A DNA stretch of 64,000 nucleotides from Pseudomonadales bacterium (lineage in GTDB: Bacteria; Pseudomonadota; Gammaproteobacteria; Pseudomonadales; JAHRWD01), in NCBI GenBank assembly GCA_029210125.1, contig JARGPR010000007.1, forward strand, positions 105,008-169,007. The letters run 5' to 3'. Shown here piece after piece: positions 62,264 through 64,000 of the stretch. The position numbers and the translations under genes were made by a program. The notes beneath the pieces were generated by a model. That model saw nothing but the letters and a program-made list of their open reading frames with translations. It was not told the DNA's origin and ran no database searches. How positions within the stretch are numbered: the stretch's first letter is position 1; every line of letters begins with the position of its first letter.

Positions 62264-62779
62264 CTAAATAGATTCTGGAAAATCAAAAAATTCCGATTCG
62301 GGCTTCACAGATCCAATCTGTTGCCATTCAATATCACCAAACTTCAAATAGAGCATGCCACAGGGTGGGATACCCGGAATCGGCAAATCGCTCAGATAAT
62401 TGGCCAGTTCAGTTAGGGCGGGATTATGCCCGACCATCAATACAAACTGAAGGCGCTCCGGTAAACACTGAATCGTTTCCAGCCAGGTATCTAACCCTGC
62501 CAGATATAGATTTTTATCCAGTTCGATTTCGGTTTTCGGGTAGTTGATTTTCCGCGCCAGAAATTCCGCTGTACTGCGGGTGCGCCATGCAGAGCTACAG
62601 ATCATTTGATCCAGCTTTTGTGGAACCTGTGGTGGATCCAGACTCAATCGCAGAGCCATACGGCCCGCCATGGTTTCCGCATCCCGCTCACCCTGCGGAC
62701 TAAGGGTTCGCTCAAAATCCGGCGAACCGGCTGCGCCCCAACCTGCTTTTGCATGTCGTACAAGTATGAGTTGTTTCAT
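62264..62779 (-). CDS. sixA: Phosphohistidine phosphatase SixA
   Basis: LILVRHAKA RHG-like motif, SSAWRTRSTA, LMVGHNP. Confidence 0.88.
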   Translation of the reverse strand: MKQLILVRHAKAGWGAAGSPDFERTLSPQGERDAETMAGRMALRLSLDPPQVPQKLDQMICSSAWRTRSTAEFLARKINYPKTEIELDKNLYLAGLDTWLETIQCLPERLQFVLMVGHNPALTELANYLSDLPIPGIPPCGMLYLKFGDIEWQQIGSVKPESEFFDFPESI

Positions 62780-62831
62780 AACGCGGCCTTTATCCTGTTA
62801 TTGCAGTTGATGTAGGCAATTAAATACGCGA

Positions 62832-63947
62832 TCAAAATAGCGAAAGCTGTTCAACTTTCTCTACACGCTCAGTAGTGAGCCCGGAAAAACTCAAGCCCAA
62901 TAGCCGCACAGCTCGATCACCCGCTTCGGTTTTGTTCAGCAACGATAATAATATGGGTAACCATTGCTCCGTGCTATCAAACAAAGGCTCAATCGTTTGG
63001 CTGCGGGTGACCTGCTCAAAGTTATCGAACTTTATTTTAAGGGTTAATGTACGAGCAAAACTCTGTTTGAGTTTCATCCGCTCAATACCTTGATCAAGTA
63101 GACCCGACAAATGTTGTTTGATTAACTCAAGGTCCTTAACATCCTGCGGATAGGTTCGCTCTATCCCAACGGATTTCCGTTTACGGGATGAGCGCACCGG
63201 TCGGTCATCAATCGCTCTGGCGATATTAAAATAGTATTGAGCGCTTTTACCAAAATATTCCTGTAGTTCTACCAGGGTTTTGGCTCTTAAATCAGCACCG
63301 GTTTTGATTCCCAAACCCAGCATTTTCTTTTCAGTTACCCGCCCTACCCCGTGAATTTTTTTAACCGGAAGCGTAGAAACAAACTGCAAACCCTGCTCGG
63401 GACGAATCACAAAAAGGCCATCGGGTTTATCCATATCCGATGCAATTTTCGCTAGAAATTTGTTGTAGGAAACGCCCGCAGATGCCACTAACCCAGTTCG
63501 TGAAAGTATCCGCTGTTTAATCAGTTGAGCGATACGGGTTGCGGAACCTTGTTGTTCAGTAGATGCACTGACATCCAGGTAGGCTTCATCCAACGACAGG
63601 GGTTCAATAAGGTCGGTAATTTCACCAAACACTTGGTGGATTTCAGACGACGCCTGTTTATAGGCTTCAAAACGTGGCTTCACAAATGTGGCGTTTGGGC
63701 ACAAGCGATAAGCACGGGAGGATGCCATTGCAGAATGTACGCCAAATTGCCGCGCTTCGTAACTACAGGCCGCGACCACACCACGGCTCTCTGGCTGACC
63801 ACCAACAATCACGGGCTGACCGCGCAGCTCGGGAAAATCACGCTGCTCCACAGAGGCAAAAAATGCATCCATATCAATATGGATAATCTTCCGTTGCACC
63901 TGTGACTGCGGCGCTGTTTGAACAGCTGGCTCGATCAACATCGGCAA
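62832..63947 (-). CDS. dinB: DNA polymerase IV
   Basis: RKIIHIDMDAFFASVE, AACSYEAR, EPLSLDEAYLD, KIASDMDKPDG. Start may be the ATG at 63941. Confidence 0.97.
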   Translation of the reverse strand: MPMLIEPAVQTAPQSQVQRKIIHIDMDAFFASVEQRDFPELRGQPVIVGGQPESRGVVAACSYEARQFGVHSAMASSRAYRLCPNATFVKPRFEAYKQASSEIHQVFGEITDLIEPLSLDEAYLDVSASTEQQGSATRIAQLIKQRILSRTGLVASAGVSYNKFLAKIASDMDKPDGLFVIRPEQGLQFVSTLPVKKIHGVGRVTEKKMLGLGIKTGADLRAKTLVELQEYFGKSAQYYFNIARAIDDRPVRSSRKRKSVGIERTYPQDVKDLELIKQHLSGLLDQGIERMKLKQSFARTLTLKIKFDNFEQVTRSQTIEPLFDSTEQWLPILLSLLNKTEAGDRAVRLLGLSFSGLTTERVEKVEQLSLF

Positions 63948-64000
63948 TCCGTTCAGGGTTGATGGATAGCGCGCTTCAGCATCGGTTCCAGAGACTTCCA

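Overview
Chromosomal window of a gammaproteobacterium, probably marine and Pseudomonadales/Oceanospirillales-like (inferred from gene content and synteny). Left to right it holds: (1) the end of a cell-surface polysaccharide/LPS cluster (FkbM methyltransferase, ELM1-like protein, GT4 glycosyltransferase, polysaccharide deacetylase); (2) a ~5.5 kb block (ABC exporter triad plus frameshifted pcm) bracketed by an intact MMPL/RND gene and a degenerate copy of that gene's 3' end; (3) a YCF48-like protein; (4) core genes cysG-serS-crcB-rarA-lolA-ftsK, ccmA-I, and a FliK-like/FlhB-C-like pair; (5) a stand-alone GalT/HIT-family enzyme; (6) an AT-rich accessory patch at ~31.8-35.2 kb with an orphan HEPN-motif protein, an orphan Rap1a-like immunity protein, two type II TA pairs and a truncated toxin copy, punctuated by a repeated GGGGTCAAGCGTTGATCTAATATATTA junction motif, followed by two lipoproteins; (7) DUF4124, ABM monooxygenase, frameshifted epoxide hydrolase, yejAABEF, DUF748 and pdxH; (8) a CzcI/C/B/A-type metal efflux locus (C frameshifted) with a decayed HupE/UreJ gene; (9) acyl-CoA synthetase, mnmC, cyclophilin, sixA and dinB. 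The best candidate for something undescribed is the motif-delimited cassette-like array at 31.8-35.2 kb. Four single-site frameshifts may partly be assembly errors. No rRNA, tRNA, CRISPR array, integrase or transposase was recognised. All family assignments are from motif recognition by eye; no database search was run.
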